DNA of 64,000 nucleotides, taken from contig CAVWHO010000007.1 in the NCBI GenBank assembly GCA_963754875.1, forward strand, positions 1 through 64,000, written 5' to 3'. Source of the stretch: Nitrospirota bacterium (lineage in GTDB: Bacteria > Nitrospirota > UBA9217). How positions within the stretch are numbered: position 1 is the stretch's first letter; the number at the start of each line of letters is the position of its first letter. The translations under genes were made by a program, and so were the position numbers. This document shows, piece after piece, positions 20,895 to 31,469 of this stretch. The notes beneath the pieces are model-generated. The model had not been told where the DNA came from. It saw only the letters and a program-made list of their open reading frames with translations, and made no database searches.

Positions 20895-20983
20895 ATGGCG
20901 CCTCCTTGTTTTGAAATCACTATATATATGATAGCATTTTGCGGATGCAAAAGTAAACGGTTTGCGATAGAATCAAAAGCAAC

Positions 20984-21634
20984 ATGCAAAAAGGAACAAA
21001 TCCCATTCCCGGGTTGTCTTATACAAAGGAAGGCGCCAAGGCCGTGGCAGCCGATGACGATGCCCGGCTCGTGTTGTCCTCCCAAGAAGGAAACCTGGAT
21101 GCCTTTGAGCAGCTGGTAATAAAACACCAGAAAAGGATGCTTAACGTCGCTTTCCGTCTGACCAATGATTACGACGAGGCCTGTGAGGTTGTGCAGGACG
21201 CGTTTGTTTCGGCATACAAAAGCATCAAGAGCTTTCGTAGGGAAGCAAAATTTACGACCTGGCTCACGACGATTACCGTCAACCTCTCGAAGAACAAGCT
21301 TAAGCAGATGAAGTCTCGTCATGGACGCGAGGCTTTTTCGCTGGACGAACCCGTCCGGATTGATGACGGTCAGATTGTGATTGATCCACCGTCACAGGAG
21401 CCGTCTGTGCTCGACAAACTCGAAAAGCGAGATATAAAAAATAAAGTCCAGAACTGCATTCGAGCGCTTGAGCCGGACTTCCGCGAAGTGCTGGTCCTCC
21501 GCGATATGCAGGATTTCTCCTATGAAGAGATCGGGAACATCCTGAAAGTGCGCGAAGGTACGGTCAAGTCACGGCTCTTTCGCGCGAGAGAGATGGTCAA
21601 GGATTGTTTGAAACGCGTATTGGGAGAACTCTGA
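20984..21634 (+). CDS. ECF sigma-70 factor
   Basis: DAFEQLV, EVVQDAFV, FTTWL, SYEEIG...GTVKSRLFRAR. Confidence 0.92.
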   Translation: MQKGTNPIPGLSYTKEGAKAVAADDDARLVLSSQEGNLDAFEQLVIKHQKRMLNVAFRLTNDYDEACEVVQDAFVSAYKSIKSFRREAKFTTWLTTITVNLSKNKLKQMKSRHGREAFSLDEPVRIDDGQIVIDPPSQEPSVLDKLEKRDIKNKVQNCIRALEPDFREVLVLRDMQDFSYEEIGNILKVREGTVKSRLFRAREMVKDCLKRVLGEL

Positions 21635-22632
21635 TGGAGCATAACGATATCCGGCATAAGCTCTCGGACTACATCGATGGGTCCATTCCAGCTGGAGAAA
21701 AGACCGCAATCGAGGAGCACTTAAAAACCTGCAGCCTCTGCAGCGACGCGCTTCGGGAACTGCAGAAGACCGTAGAGCACATCAAGACCATCGAAGAAGT
21801 GGCCCCGCCAGCCTGGATGACGCAGAAGATCATGGCCAACGTGCGCGAGGTGTCACAACTGCGAAAAGGGTTTTTCGCCAGGTGGTTCCTGCCGCTTTCC
21901 GTCAAACTGCCGATCCAGGCCGTTGCAGTACTGTTTCTCGCTGTCACTGCATTCTATATATATAGAAACATTCCTTCAGCAATAAGACCCTCCGAGGCGC
22001 CGCTTCAGGAATTTGCAGCCAGGAAGGATAAGATCGGCAAAGCTCATGAGTCTGCATCGCGTCCACAACAGGTACCGCGATCACCGGAATACAAGGCATT
22101 AGACATGAAGCCGGAATATGAGACGCCTCCGCCTCCGATTCCTCAGGACCAGGCAGGAACTCCTGCAGAGGCAAGGCAGGATGAGCGGGCCCTGTTCGCG
22201 AAAAAAGAAGCAGCAGGTGAACAACGTGCTGCTGCACAGCAACCTGCTCCAGCCATGCAGCGGGAGCCGGCAAGAGGCGCATCGCCTCGAATGGAGGGAA
22301 AGCTCAAGTCAGCGGTCACGGCACGACATGCTTTGAATGCAGTATCTGCTGATAAGACTGGTCCTATAATCGTCGTACAGGTAAAGGACTTTGAAGCCGC
22401 TGGCAGGGAAGTCGAGCAAGCTGTAACAAAGCTCAAGGGATCAATAACGAAAAGGGAAACTCCTGAAGCGAAAAGAATCTACGTAATTACGATTGATGTG
22501 CAAAAATTCCAGGAGCTCAAGAATACACTCAAACTCATCGGTGAAGTACAGGTTGAATCTGCGGCCCCTCCGTCGCAAGCAGGCCGCGTTGGATTAACAA
22601 TCGAACTTGTTACAAATTCAGCCCATCCCTGA
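21634..22632 (+). CDS. Zinc-finger (zf-HC2) anti-sigma factor
   Basis: LSDYIDG..EEHLKTCSLC, one TM helix, overlaps the sigma stop codon. Confidence 0.85.
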   Translation: MEHNDIRHKLSDYIDGSIPAGEKTAIEEHLKTCSLCSDALRELQKTVEHIKTIEEVAPPAWMTQKIMANVREVSQLRKGFFARWFLPLSVKLPIQAVAVLFLAVTAFYIYRNIPSAIRPSEAPLQEFAARKDKIGKAHESASRPQQVPRSPEYKALDMKPEYETPPPPIPQDQAGTPAEARQDERALFAKKEAAGEQRAAAQQPAPAMQREPARGASPRMEGKLKSAVTARHALNAVSADKTGPIIVVQVKDFEAAGREVEQAVTKLKGSITKRETPEAKRIYVITIDVQKFQELKNTLKLIGEVQVESAAPPSQAGRVGLTIELVTNSAHP

Positions 22633-22722
22633 GGAACAGCAGCTGCAACGCAGTTTTCGAAAAGATGTTCCCGTCGCCATGTGCCGGCATAGCCTGCGAT
22701 CGAAGGCCCTGATAGAAGAATC

Positions 22723-25700
22723 CTATGCCGTGGGAATCCTGGCTGCGTGCTGAAGGACCTGCTGGATGTGGACGTCCACCTGCCGGAGGACCGAAGGAGA
22801 GACCGCGTAGCCGTCGCTCTCGTAGGTCAGAACCGGCATCCCGTGTTTGATGCTGAGCGGTTTCAGGATCGCTTCGGAGATGCGGAACGGGAGGCAGTTG
22901 AACGGTCCAATGATGATGATCCCGTCGTAGCCGAGAGCCTCGGCCTCTAGTCCCCGGCCGATAGTCGGGGTGATCTCACCGTAGATCCCCGGTGACACAT
23001 GATCAGAGGCCTTCTCGAACAGGGAAGCCGCGTCATTGGGGCCGGCCACGAGCAGGCCTGTCTTCGCAAACAGCCTCCGGTAGTCTTCCTCGATCCTTTT
23101 CTCCACCTGATAGGCAAGCCAGTGCTGCAGATACTCTTTTCCATCTTTCTGGAAGATCCTTGAACAGGCTTTGGCCAAAGCCAGGCCGCCCGGCTTCATG
23201 CCCCATTCGCGAGCCGTTTCAGCCACCGGGTAATAGGTGTGATAGAGCAACAGGTCAGTCATGTCCACGGGCTTCAGAATAATGCCTTGCTCGGAATAGC
23301 GGTCCCGGACCCCGTCCATGAAGAACGGGCTGAACCGGGTGAAAAAGTCACCCATGACAACGACGCGCGGACAGGCCCGCGGTTCACGCGTGCGCGGAAG
23401 GGCCGCGATCCGTTCGATGAATCCTGGCAGCTCGGCCTGGAACGTGCCCTCCGAGTCTGCGGCAGCGACGAACCGCTGCCACTCCTGCCTCAGTTGGTCC
23501 ACGCTGCCTTCGGCGCCGACAACCCGGAGAACGTGCTCGATCTCCACGAGGAGGTCCGCCACGAGGAGCGTGAGCGCCGAGTATTTTGCGAGGGCTATTC
23601 TGTCGATAGCGCTTTGGCCGTGCTCTTCGGTCGGAACGAACAGAAAAAGGTCGGGCACGTGCTGCTCCACGATGAAGCGCTTGAGAAAGTCCAGGTAGGC
23701 GTCCAAGACGCAGGGCGCGCCGCCTTCCAGCATGTAAAATCCCGCGATCTCGCCCTGCCCGCGATCTTCGTTGATCTTCAGCAGTTGTCCGATACAGAGC
23801 GGAAGGGGAAGGCATTCGCGTCCCGACGTGTATTGGAGGCCGTGTTCGAGTTGGCCCCGGTCCAGCGAAGCAATCTCTCCGGTGTGCAGTCCCATCCAGC
23901 GGAACGCCATAGCCATTGCCTGCGAATGGACTTCGGAGAAATTGGGGAAATAAAATTTTACCCGCGGATCGTGCATCGACACGGTCTCCCCCTGTGAACG
24001 GATGACCGTATTGCCCGCGCCGACCCGGCACAAGGAGAACTGCGCGTTCTGCACCGCGGGCGCAGCATGATAGTTATGCACGATGTCCAGGAACGCCTCG
24101 AGGCGGGTCTGGACACCTGCGTCGGCGGTGTGCGCATCGATCTCGAGGATCAGGTACGGCTTGGAACCCATCTCGGACGCGACCTTGGCATGGGTAAAGG
24201 CGTCCACGGTGCAGCTGAAATTACTGATGCAGACCAGGAACAGATGGGGATTTTTTTTGGCCAGGGCCATGGCGTTCAGGACCTGGTTCGCGAAGTGCCA
24301 TGCAAAGGGCCCCTCTTCAATCGGCGCAAGACAATCAGCGGGGATAGTAGCCACTCCCATGCTTGAGAGTTTCCTGCCGACTGATTGGGAAGCCTCGGCT
24401 GCGTAGGCGTTGTAACTGCGGCCGGCAAGCACGATCGTTGGTTTTCCTTCCGACAGCGCAGCCTCGAGGGCCAGCTGTCCCAGCTCCTGCATGGCGCGTT
24501 CCGTCTTCATCTGAGCGCTTTTTGCCGCTTCCCAGGCCTGTTGGACCCGTTCGCGTCCGATCCCGAACTCGCGTGCAACCATCTCCTCCAGCTCCGGACC
24601 GCATTCGTAGCCGTGAGTGAAATCCAGGACCGGGGAAAGAAAGCGGACATCGGGAAATGCTGCGGCAAGGAAAAACGGGCTGGCCTGCGTGATCGGGCAG
24701 AGGAAGGAATCACGGCAACCGCCGTTTTGAGGCATCCGCTTCACATGGGGCAGAAAGACCAGAGCCACGCCTCGTTTGGCAAGGTCCAGGATCGCTCCGT
24801 GCGCGGTCTGCGCAGGGAAGCAAAAGCCTGAATAGGACTTCAGCTCGCCGCGGGGGTCCACGCCGGACAGGACCACGTCTCGTCCAAGGCTCGAGAAAAA
24901 GGTCGAATAAAGTGGAAAGAGCGAGTGCGTTAAGAGCGCTCTCGGGATTCCGATGGTTGGTTTACGAAGATCGCTCGCCGGCCCTTTGACCTGATCGTCC
25001 GTGGTTCCAAAGATCATTTCCGCCCGCTGTCCGACCAGGTCCGGCGCGGCATTAACGCGGGCGTTTCTCTTCCATACATTTTCGTACAAACTGCAGCGGC
25101 CGCCGAAGGGGAAACGCCGGCCGGCCACATCGAAGCGGTCGATGCTGCAATGCATTGCGCATGCCTTGCAAATGAAGCGTCCCGGGGATTCCATTTCCGG
25201 CGCAGCCAGAGAAAGCAGGTTCGTGGCGCAATCAAGCTCGCTGTGAGAGCGAGTCAAAGCCAGGAGCGCGACACCCAGCGCTCCCATTAGTTCGGGGTTG
25301 GGCGGAATTACAACCATGCGGTCCACGCTATGGGCAAAGGCGTGGCCCACGGCGCGGTTCAGGGCAACGCCGCCCTGCAGGAACACCTTCTTACCCACAA
25401 CACGCGGCCCCTTGACCTTGGTGAGATAGTTTGCAGCGATAGCATAGACCAGCCCGGCAATGATATTCTCGCGCGACTGGCCTTGCTGGAACGCAATGCG
25501 GATGTCGGAATTGATGAACGCCGCGCAGGTGGCCTTTAACTGCACCGGTGACGCTGCGGCCAGCGCGGCCTCGGCGATCTCAGACACCGTGATACCGAGG
25601 TCCCCTTGGGCGCTCTCTTCCAGAAAAGAACCGGTGCCGGCGGAGCAGGCGTTGTTCATCGCATAATCTATGGGCACGCCGTTCCGAAGGCGGATGTACT

Positions 25701-26958
25701 TGGAGTCCTGTCCGCCGATCTCGAAGATGGTGTCCACGTAAGGGTCAAAGTGGGTCGCCCCTGTGGCATGGGCCGAGATCTCGTTGTACACATGGCTGGT
25801 GCCCAGATAGGCCCCGACGAGCTCCCGTGCAGAACCCGTGGTCCCCACAAGTCCGACCCTGAGGTTGCCAGCCTCTTTCGCAATGGCCCTCAAGCACTCG
25901 CGCGTCGCTGCCACAGGATCGCTGCGCGTGCGGGTGTAGTGCGATGCGACCACACACCTCGTTGACGGATCGAGCAGGACCGCCTTGGTCGTCGTCGATC
26001 CCGCATCAAGACCGAGGACCAGCGAGTGGTCCGGAGGGGCCTGGTGCGGCAGCGGCGCGATGATCTGCACCCTGCCCGCCTGGCGATGAAGCGGCGGAAA
26101 ACTGTCCAGGACCGGCTGGAGCGAAATCTTCGGAGAGCTGTAATGAGGGTCATCCCGCGTGAGCAAAGCACAACCCCACGCCTCGAAGCAAAGACTCTCG
26201 GGATTGACTACGATTTCCGTGGAAAGAAGCTTCTCTCTCAAAGCAGCCAGGAGGGCGGAGTTTTGGGATACGCCTCCGATGATAAGCACCCGCTTGAGAT
26301 CGCGCTGGCCCTTTTCGAGCAGCGAGACCACCTTGTCAGCCATGCTGTCATGCAGCGTGTGCAGGATGTCCTCGGGGCTTGCTTCATTCCGGTTGAGCTT
26401 GTGAGTGATGTCCGATTTGCAGTGGACCGAGCACCGGCTTGCCAGGGGAACGACCTTCCCTCTGAACGAGCGCTCTATCGCTTCCTCGATATTGAGCCTC
26501 ATTCGACCGATCTGCTGCACAAAGAACTCGCCGCTTCCGGCAGCGCATTTATTGTGCGAAAGTACATTCGCTATCCTTCCGTCTGCCAGGAGGTAGACCA
26601 GGAAGGACTCACCGCCGAGCGAAACGACGGCATCGAAATCGCCCCCCAGTTCAGCCAGAGCCCGCTCTATAGCGGCAACCTCGGAGATGTGGCCCCGGCG
26701 GCCGGACACCCCGAAATATTCAGCACCGACAAACTCCTTCTCAGCGAGCAGTTCCTCGAGCACCTCCAGGGGGCGGCCCTGATGGGACTTCACGCTGGAG
26801 AAGGCATCGTCCCCTCGCAAGGCCACCGCCTTCACCGTTACCGCGCCGATGTTCACGCCCACGTAGCACGGCTGCGTCGATGTTTCCTGCGGCAATGCAT
26901 TCTCTTGTTGGGGCAGGATGTTTTCCAAAGTTCCCCTCGGTTCTCCGCGATGCAGCAA
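22723..26958 (-). CDS. Multidomain 2-hydroxyacyl-CoA dehydratase activase-like protein
   Basis: Two BadF/ASKHA modules (KCAAGSG; GLDAGSTTTK, EIGGQDSK, CSAGTGSFLEE), EIDAHTADAGVQTRLEAF, GPFNCLP; start uncertain. Confidence 0.88.
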   Translation of the reverse strand: MLHRGEPRGTLENILPQQENALPQETSTQPCYVGVNIGAVTVKAVALRGDDAFSSVKSHQGRPLEVLEELLAEKEFVGAEYFGVSGRRGHISEVAAIERALAELGGDFDAVVSLGGESFLVYLLADGRIANVLSHNKCAAGSGEFFVQQIGRMRLNIEEAIERSFRGKVVPLASRCSVHCKSDITHKLNRNEASPEDILHTLHDSMADKVVSLLEKGQRDLKRVLIIGGVSQNSALLAALREKLLSTEIVVNPESLCFEAWGCALLTRDDPHYSSPKISLQPVLDSFPPLHRQAGRVQIIAPLPHQAPPDHSLVLGLDAGSTTTKAVLLDPSTRCVVASHYTRTRSDPVAATRECLRAIAKEAGNLRVGLVGTTGSARELVGAYLGTSHVYNEISAHATGATHFDPYVDTIFEIGGQDSKYIRLRNGVPIDYAMNNACSAGTGSFLEESAQGDLGITVSEIAEAALAAASPVQLKATCAAFINSDIRIAFQQGQSRENIIAGLVYAIAANYLTKVKGPRVVGKKVFLQGGVALNRAVGHAFAHSVDRMVVIPPNPELMGALGVALLALTRSHSELDCATNLLSLAAPEMESPGRFICKACAMHCSIDRFDVAGRRFPFGGRCSLYENVWKRNARVNAAPDLVGQRAEMIFGTTDDQVKGPASDLRKPTIGIPRALLTHSLFPLYSTFFSSLGRDVVLSGVDPRGELKSYSGFCFPAQTAHGAILDLAKRGVALVFLPHVKRMPQNGGCRDSFLCPITQASPFFLAAAFPDVRFLSPVLDFTHGYECGPELEEMVAREFGIGRERVQQAWEAAKSAQMKTERAMQELGQLALEAALSEGKPTIVLAGRSYNAYAAEASQSVGRKLSSMGVATIPADCLAPIEEGPFAWHFANQVLNAMALAKKNPHLFLVCISNFSCTVDAFTHAKVASEMGSKPYLILEIDAHTADAGVQTRLEAFLDIVHNYHAAPAVQNAQFSLCRVGAGNTVIRSQGETVSMHDPRVKFYFPNFSEVHSQAMAMAFRWMGLHTGEIASLDRGQLEHGLQYTSGRECLPLPLCIGQLLKINEDRGQGEIAGFYMLEGGAPCVLDAYLDFLKRFIVEQHVPDLFLFVPTEEHGQSAIDRIALAKYSALTLLVADLLVEIEHVLRVVGAEGSVDQLRQEWQRFVAAADSEGTFQAELPGFIERIAALPRTREPRACPRVVVMGDFFTRFSPFFMDGVRDRYSEQGIILKPVDMTDLLLYHTYYPVAETAREWGMKPGGLALAKACSRIFQKDGKEYLQHWLAYQVEKRIEEDYRRLFAKTGLLVAGPNDAASLFEKASDHVSPGIYGEITPTIGRGLEAEALGYDGIIIIGPFNCLPFRISEAILKPLSIKHGMPVLTYESDGYAVSPSVLRQVDVHIQQVLQHAARIPTA

Positions 26959-27416
26959 GACGCTCCTGTCGTTGTAAACTCACGGACATCGCGTATCGGC
27001 ATTTTCTTACAGTAAGCTACAGGAGAGCAATCTTGTTCTTTGACAGACAAAATCCGGATGTCAGGTCCGGATCGTTCGCGCTTGTGGGAAAGTTACAAAT
27101 GACTGAGTTGAATCAAGTATAGCACGTATGGCAGGTCTTGAGGAGGAACCAGGGAACGGTCTGTTATTTCGATACAAGTCATAAAAAATTTCCACACAAT
27201 GGTAAAATTTATCTAGCGACAGCGCTCAAGTTTCTCCCTGCCACAGAAAGAAGGTTTAGTATGCCAAACATAGTTCACAAAATAGGGATGGAAAAAGTAA
27301 GTCTTGAGCAAGTCTATGAGACAATGGCGGCCAGGGGAGAGCTTTCGGAACTCGCTACCGGCGGATCAGTCGGTGGTCTAAATAGGCCGACTCGTCGCTG
27401 AAACGCCTCGTAATTG

Positions 27417-27608
27417 TTATTTTCCCATCGTCACTTTCTTCGCACCACGGCACTGAGGACAGACGCTTTTTCCCATACCGTGACAATTCGTGCAGGGACG
27501 TTGAGCAGCATTCGTACTGGACTGTCTTCCCTGCCCGCGGCAGACAGGACACGTTATGGAACCTTTACCGCTGCATTCCGGACAGGGAACTGTTGCTTTA
27601 TCTGCCAT
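27417..27608 (-). CDS. Stand-alone DnaJ-type zinc finger protein
   Basis: 63 aa with CPECSGKG, CPVCRGQG, CTNCHGMG, CPQCRGAK. Confidence 0.8.
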   Translation of the reverse strand: MADKATVPCPECSGKGSITCPVCRGQGRQSSTNAAQRPCTNCHGMGKSVCPQCRGAKKVTMGK

Positions 27609-27740
27609 GTGGTACCCCCGTTGAGTCAAGGAAGAATAAGGAAGAATTATGAATTAAGAAGTAGGAAAGGACCGCTTTCCTGTTTTCTTCGTTCTGTCAT
27701 CTTAATTCTTACTTCCTATTTGTTACTTGTTTGACGAGAA

Positions 27741-28052
27741 TCAGTTGCCGCGCACCTTGAACAGCACTGCGCTGATCTTATCAATGCGGACCACGGCGTC
27801 GTAGAAGTCTTTACCGGAGATCTTCGAGATGTGGACGAGGCTGTCCCCGACCTTGCTCACCGTGCCTTCCAAATTGTCGCCGGTGTCCATGCGCACGATC
27901 ACCCTCTTGCCCGTATTTTCCGCCAGAACATCCTTGACGGTTGCTGCTGCGGACTTCAGTTCGTACTTCTGCTCGTCAGCGGAAACGTTTGGAGCATAGA
28001 ACACCGAACAGCCGACAATAAGCACTGCAACACACAGAATGTTCTTTACCAC
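27741..28052 (-). CDS. Small exported hypothetical protein (Sm/SH3-like beta barrel)
   Basis: AGGAGG RBS, GTG start, signal peptide, GKRVIVRMDTGDNLEGTV. Confidence 0.75.
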   Translation of the reverse strand: MVKNILCVAVLIVGCSVFYAPNVSADEQKYELKSAAATVKDVLAENTGKRVIVRMDTGDNLEGTVSKVGDSLVHISKISGKDFYDAVVRIDKISAVLFKVRGN

Positions 28053-28133
28053 GATAATACCCTCCTTGAAATGCAGTCTGTGATCTGCCTCGACCGGTCA
28101 CCAAGATGCTCCGGAAGAGGCTTTTCTTGTCCC

Positions 28134-29198
28134 TCACAACCACTTCTTCCGCTTGAAATACACAAGCATGAGGACGCCGATGCCGAGCATGACCAGGAGC
28201 GCGATAAAATATCCGTACCGCCATTCGAGCTCAGGCATGTATTTGAAGTTCATTCCATACACGCCGACGATGAAGGTAAGCGGCATGAAGATCAACGATA
28301 TTGCGGTCAGGACCTTCATTACCTCATTCAGCCGGTTGCTGACGCTCGAAAGGTACATGTCGAGCATGCTGGACAGCATCTCGCGGTAGATGTCCACGCT
28401 GTCGATGATATGGATGACGTGATCGTACACGTCCCGCAGATAGGGCGCCGTGGATTCCTTGATCAGGGGCGACTCATGCTTGCCGACAGTGCCAACCACC
28501 TCGCGCAAAGGCCAGACCGCGTTGTGCAGAAAGATCATCTCCCGCCTTAACCGGTAGATTTTCTGTACGGTCTGCTGCGTCGGGTTTCCGATCAGCTCCG
28601 TTTCTATGGATTCGATCTTGTCGCCGAACTTTTCGAGGATCACGAAATAATTGTCCACCACCGCGTCGAGGAGCGAGTAGGCGAGGTAGTCGGCCCCCAT
28701 TTTCCTGGCCCTGCCCTTGCCGCTCCTGAGCCGCTCCCGGATCAACGGGAACACGTCGCCTTCGATGCCTTCCTGGAACGAGAGGACAAAGTTCGCGCCG
28801 AGGACAATGCTGATCTGTTCGGTAACTATCTCGCCGTTCTTTCCAGCCGACAGCATCTTGAGCACCATATAGAGATAATCGCCATAGTCCTCTGTTTTGG
28901 GCCTCTGGTCCGTGTTCAAGATGTCTTCCATCACGAGCCGGTGGAGTCCGAAGCAGTCTCCGAGCTTTTCGAGCAACGGCACATTATGCACGCCGTCCAC
29001 GTTGATCCAGGTCACGGTCGGTTTGTCTTTGTAAGGGATGCAGGCGTCAACGGAAGCCAGTTCGCTCTCTTGAAAGTTCGCTTCATCGAAATCGATGACA
29101 TGGATCCTGACCTGTTCGTCCTTCTTCTCCCCGGTGTAGACCAGGGTCCCCGAAGGAAGGCCTGCTTTTTTGGTCCTTTTTTTCGTGAATTTAGCCAT
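28134..29198 (-). CDS. corA: Magnesium/cobalt transporter
   Basis: GLPSGTL, EDILNTDQRPK, YGMNF signature, MPEL. Confidence 0.95.
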   Translation of the reverse strand: MAKFTKKRTKKAGLPSGTLVYTGEKKDEQVRIHVIDFDEANFQESELASVDACIPYKDKPTVTWINVDGVHNVPLLEKLGDCFGLHRLVMEDILNTDQRPKTEDYGDYLYMVLKMLSAGKNGEIVTEQISIVLGANFVLSFQEGIEGDVFPLIRERLRSGKGRARKMGADYLAYSLLDAVVDNYFVILEKFGDKIESIETELIGNPTQQTVQKIYRLRREMIFLHNAVWPLREVVGTVGKHESPLIKESTAPYLRDVYDHVIHIIDSVDIYREMLSSMLDMYLSSVSNRLNEVMKVLTAISLIFMPLTFIVGVYGMNFKYMPELEWRYGYFIALLVMLGIGVLMLVYFKRKKWL

Positions 29199-29412
29199 AG
29201 ACGATTAACGTGTTCGGTGCTTCGCTCAGGGACATGCTCAACAATTCTTTCCGCATGATACCCGCCTCAAGTACTGATAATCGTACAGATATGTGACCAG
29301 AATGTCAAAGAGAACTTTCTTGAAAAGGAATTGGGGAAAAGGGGAACTTTTTCTTTGCCTCCCTTGTCTAAACTACCAAAAGCTGTTCAAATCGTCACAG
29401 GGGAGGTTCATC

Positions 29413-30870
29413 ATGAAAAAGAAATATCTTATTGCAGGTCTGGTAGTTCTGTTCCTGGCAGGCGTTGGTTATTTTTCTGCAGTATCTGCGGAAAAAAAAG
29501 AAAACCGGAATGGCAGCGTATCGACCACGCTGGAGGACCAGACCAGCGTGGCGCTGACCATCTACAACGTCGGTCTCGGTCTGGTCAAGGACCAGCGCCA
29601 GATTAAACTCTCCAAGGGCATCGGCGACCTCCGGTTTATGGACGTGGCAGCACAGATCATTCCTGCAAGCGTTCACATGAAGTCACTTATCAACCCGGAA
29701 ACTCTGCGCGTCCTCGAGCAAAACTACGAATACGATCTCCTGAGTCCTGAAAAGCTTCTCGACAAGTATGTCGGTAAAGAAGTGAAGCTTTACACCAAAA
29801 ACCCCTACACCGAGCGTGAAGAAGTGGTGACCGCCACGCTCCTCTCGAACAACGGCCAGCCGATCTTTAAGATCGGGGACGAAATCACCTTCGGTTATCC
29901 AGGCAGGATTCTCTTCCCCGGCGTGCCCGAGAACCTGAATGCCAGGCCGACCCTCGTCTGGATGCTGGAGAATAACCTGTCGTCTCTGCAAGAGATAGAG
30001 GCTTCGTACCTCACCAACGGCATCAACTGGCGCTCGGATTATGTGGTCACCTTGAATGATAGAGACGACAAGGCGGACCTTTCGGGGTGGGTGACGATCG
30101 AAAACCACAGCGGTACGACCTACAGGAACGCAAAGCTCAAGCTTGTGGCTGGAGACGTGAACCGCGTGCGCAACGAGTACGAATACAAGGACAAAATGAT
30201 GCGCCTTGCCGAAGCAGCGGCAAAGGCCCCTGCGCCGCAGTTCAAAGAGGACTCGTTCTTCGAATATCACATCTACACTTTGGAACGCGCCGCTACGGTA
30301 AAAGACAACCAGACCAAACAGATCAGCCTGGTGTCAGCCGAGGACATCCCCGTTAAGAAAGAATTATTGTATTACGGTGCCAACTATTATTACACCAGCC
30401 GCTACGGTGAAACAGTATCGAACCAGAAGATCGGCGTGTTCGTCGAGATCCAGAACAAAAAGGAGAACAACCTCGGCATGCCGCTGCCAAAAGGCACAGT
30501 GCGCGTATACAAGGCCGACAAGGAAGGAAGCTTGCAGTTCGTTGGAGAAGATTCAATCGACCATACGCCCAAGGACGAGAAAGTCAGGATCAAGCTCGGA
30601 GACGCCTTTGATGTGGTCGGCGCCAGGAAGCAGACGGACTGGAAAAAGATCGCATACGATACCTACGAGGCGGCCTTCGAGATATCACTCAGAAACCACA
30701 AGAAGGAGGATATTGTCGTGAAAGTCGTGGAACCTATCCCCGGCGACTGGACTATGCTCAGCGCTTCCCATCCCTATAAAAAAGCCGAAGCCTTTCAGGC
30801 CGAGTTCAATGTCCCGGTGCCCACGGACCGGGAAGTGAAGTTGACCTACCGAGTAAGGATGAGGTATTGA
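29413..30870 (+). CDS. DUF4139/DUF4140 domain exported protein
   Basis: VALTIYN, LEQNYEYDL, LGMPLPKGTVRVY, IDHTPKDE. Confidence 0.85.
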   Translation: MKKKYLIAGLVVLFLAGVGYFSAVSAEKKENRNGSVSTTLEDQTSVALTIYNVGLGLVKDQRQIKLSKGIGDLRFMDVAAQIIPASVHMKSLINPETLRVLEQNYEYDLLSPEKLLDKYVGKEVKLYTKNPYTEREEVVTATLLSNNGQPIFKIGDEITFGYPGRILFPGVPENLNARPTLVWMLENNLSSLQEIEASYLTNGINWRSDYVVTLNDRDDKADLSGWVTIENHSGTTYRNAKLKLVAGDVNRVRNEYEYKDKMMRLAEAAAKAPAPQFKEDSFFEYHIYTLERAATVKDNQTKQISLVSAEDIPVKKELLYYGANYYYTSRYGETVSNQKIGVFVEIQNKKENNLGMPLPKGTVRVYKADKEGSLQFVGEDSIDHTPKDEKVRIKLGDAFDVVGARKQTDWKKIAYDTYEAAFEISLRNHKKEDIVVKVVEPIPGDWTMLSASHPYKKAEAFQAEFNVPVPTDREVKLTYRVRMRY

Positions 30871-30905
30871 TTCGGTTTGATGCCGTAGTTTTCAGAAGGC
30901 CATGG

Positions 30906-30930
30906 CAACCGCAGGTTTGACCTGCGGTTG
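30906..30930. terminator. Hairpin between convergent genes
   Basis: CAACCGCAGGT-TTG-ACCTGCGGTTG. Confidence 0.55.
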
Positions 30931-31092
30931 AAAACCCTTCAGGAGTAATGGAGAAATAAATGCTTGAGTAATTTTTCCCCCTTTCGCATTTCAATTCTCC
31001 CTTTCTTCTTATGGATTTTTGTTTTTCCACAGGATGATTTTAAAACGTAGAGATACTTTCGTTGCATTTTTCATCGCGTACTATGTGCGCGA

Positions 31093-31422
31093 CTAGGTTA
31101 TTTCATCGATAACAATTTGTCCGGACAAGACGAGTTGAGACAGGAGTACGAAACCTCCACAGGCCGGGGAATGACGGTCCTCCATAAAATCGCAATCGTG
31201 CTCTTGAAAGTCGCAGGCCATGCACAGCTTGTTTACGATCAGCTCAATGGTCCCGGGGTCCGGCTTCGCTCCGGGCTTCGCAGGAGCGACCGGTCTGCCT
31301 GCCTCCATCAATCGATGAAACACGAGCGCGCCTTGGCACAAAAACTCCTCGTTCCTGCCGGGCTTATAGTAGGCGCAATAAGGCAGGCACAGTTTTTGAA
31401 CCAGTGTTTTATTTTTACCCAT
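31093..31422 (-). CDS. Cys-rich hypothetical protein
   Basis: 109 aa, 7 Cys: CLPYC, CQG, CMACDF, CDF, CGG. Confidence 0.75.
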   Translation of the reverse strand: MGKNKTLVQKLCLPYCAYYKPGRNEEFLCQGALVFHRLMEAGRPVAPAKPGAKPDPGTIELIVNKLCMACDFQEHDCDFMEDRHSPACGGFVLLSQLVLSGQIVIDEIT

Positions 31423-31469
31423 AATGACGATTATAACAAAGTTCTTTCGGCGGTGCTATAATAACGCTT
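31423..31469. promoter_or_regulatory. Back-to-back extended -10 promoters, both probably leaderless
   Basis: + strand TGCTATAAT, 7 nt, ATG(31470); - strand TGTTATAAT, 7 nt, ATG(31422); no SD on either. Confidence 0.65.

Noticed and set aside
20731..20931. 66-aa plus-strand ORF
   Set aside because: Antisense to the selenoprotein gene
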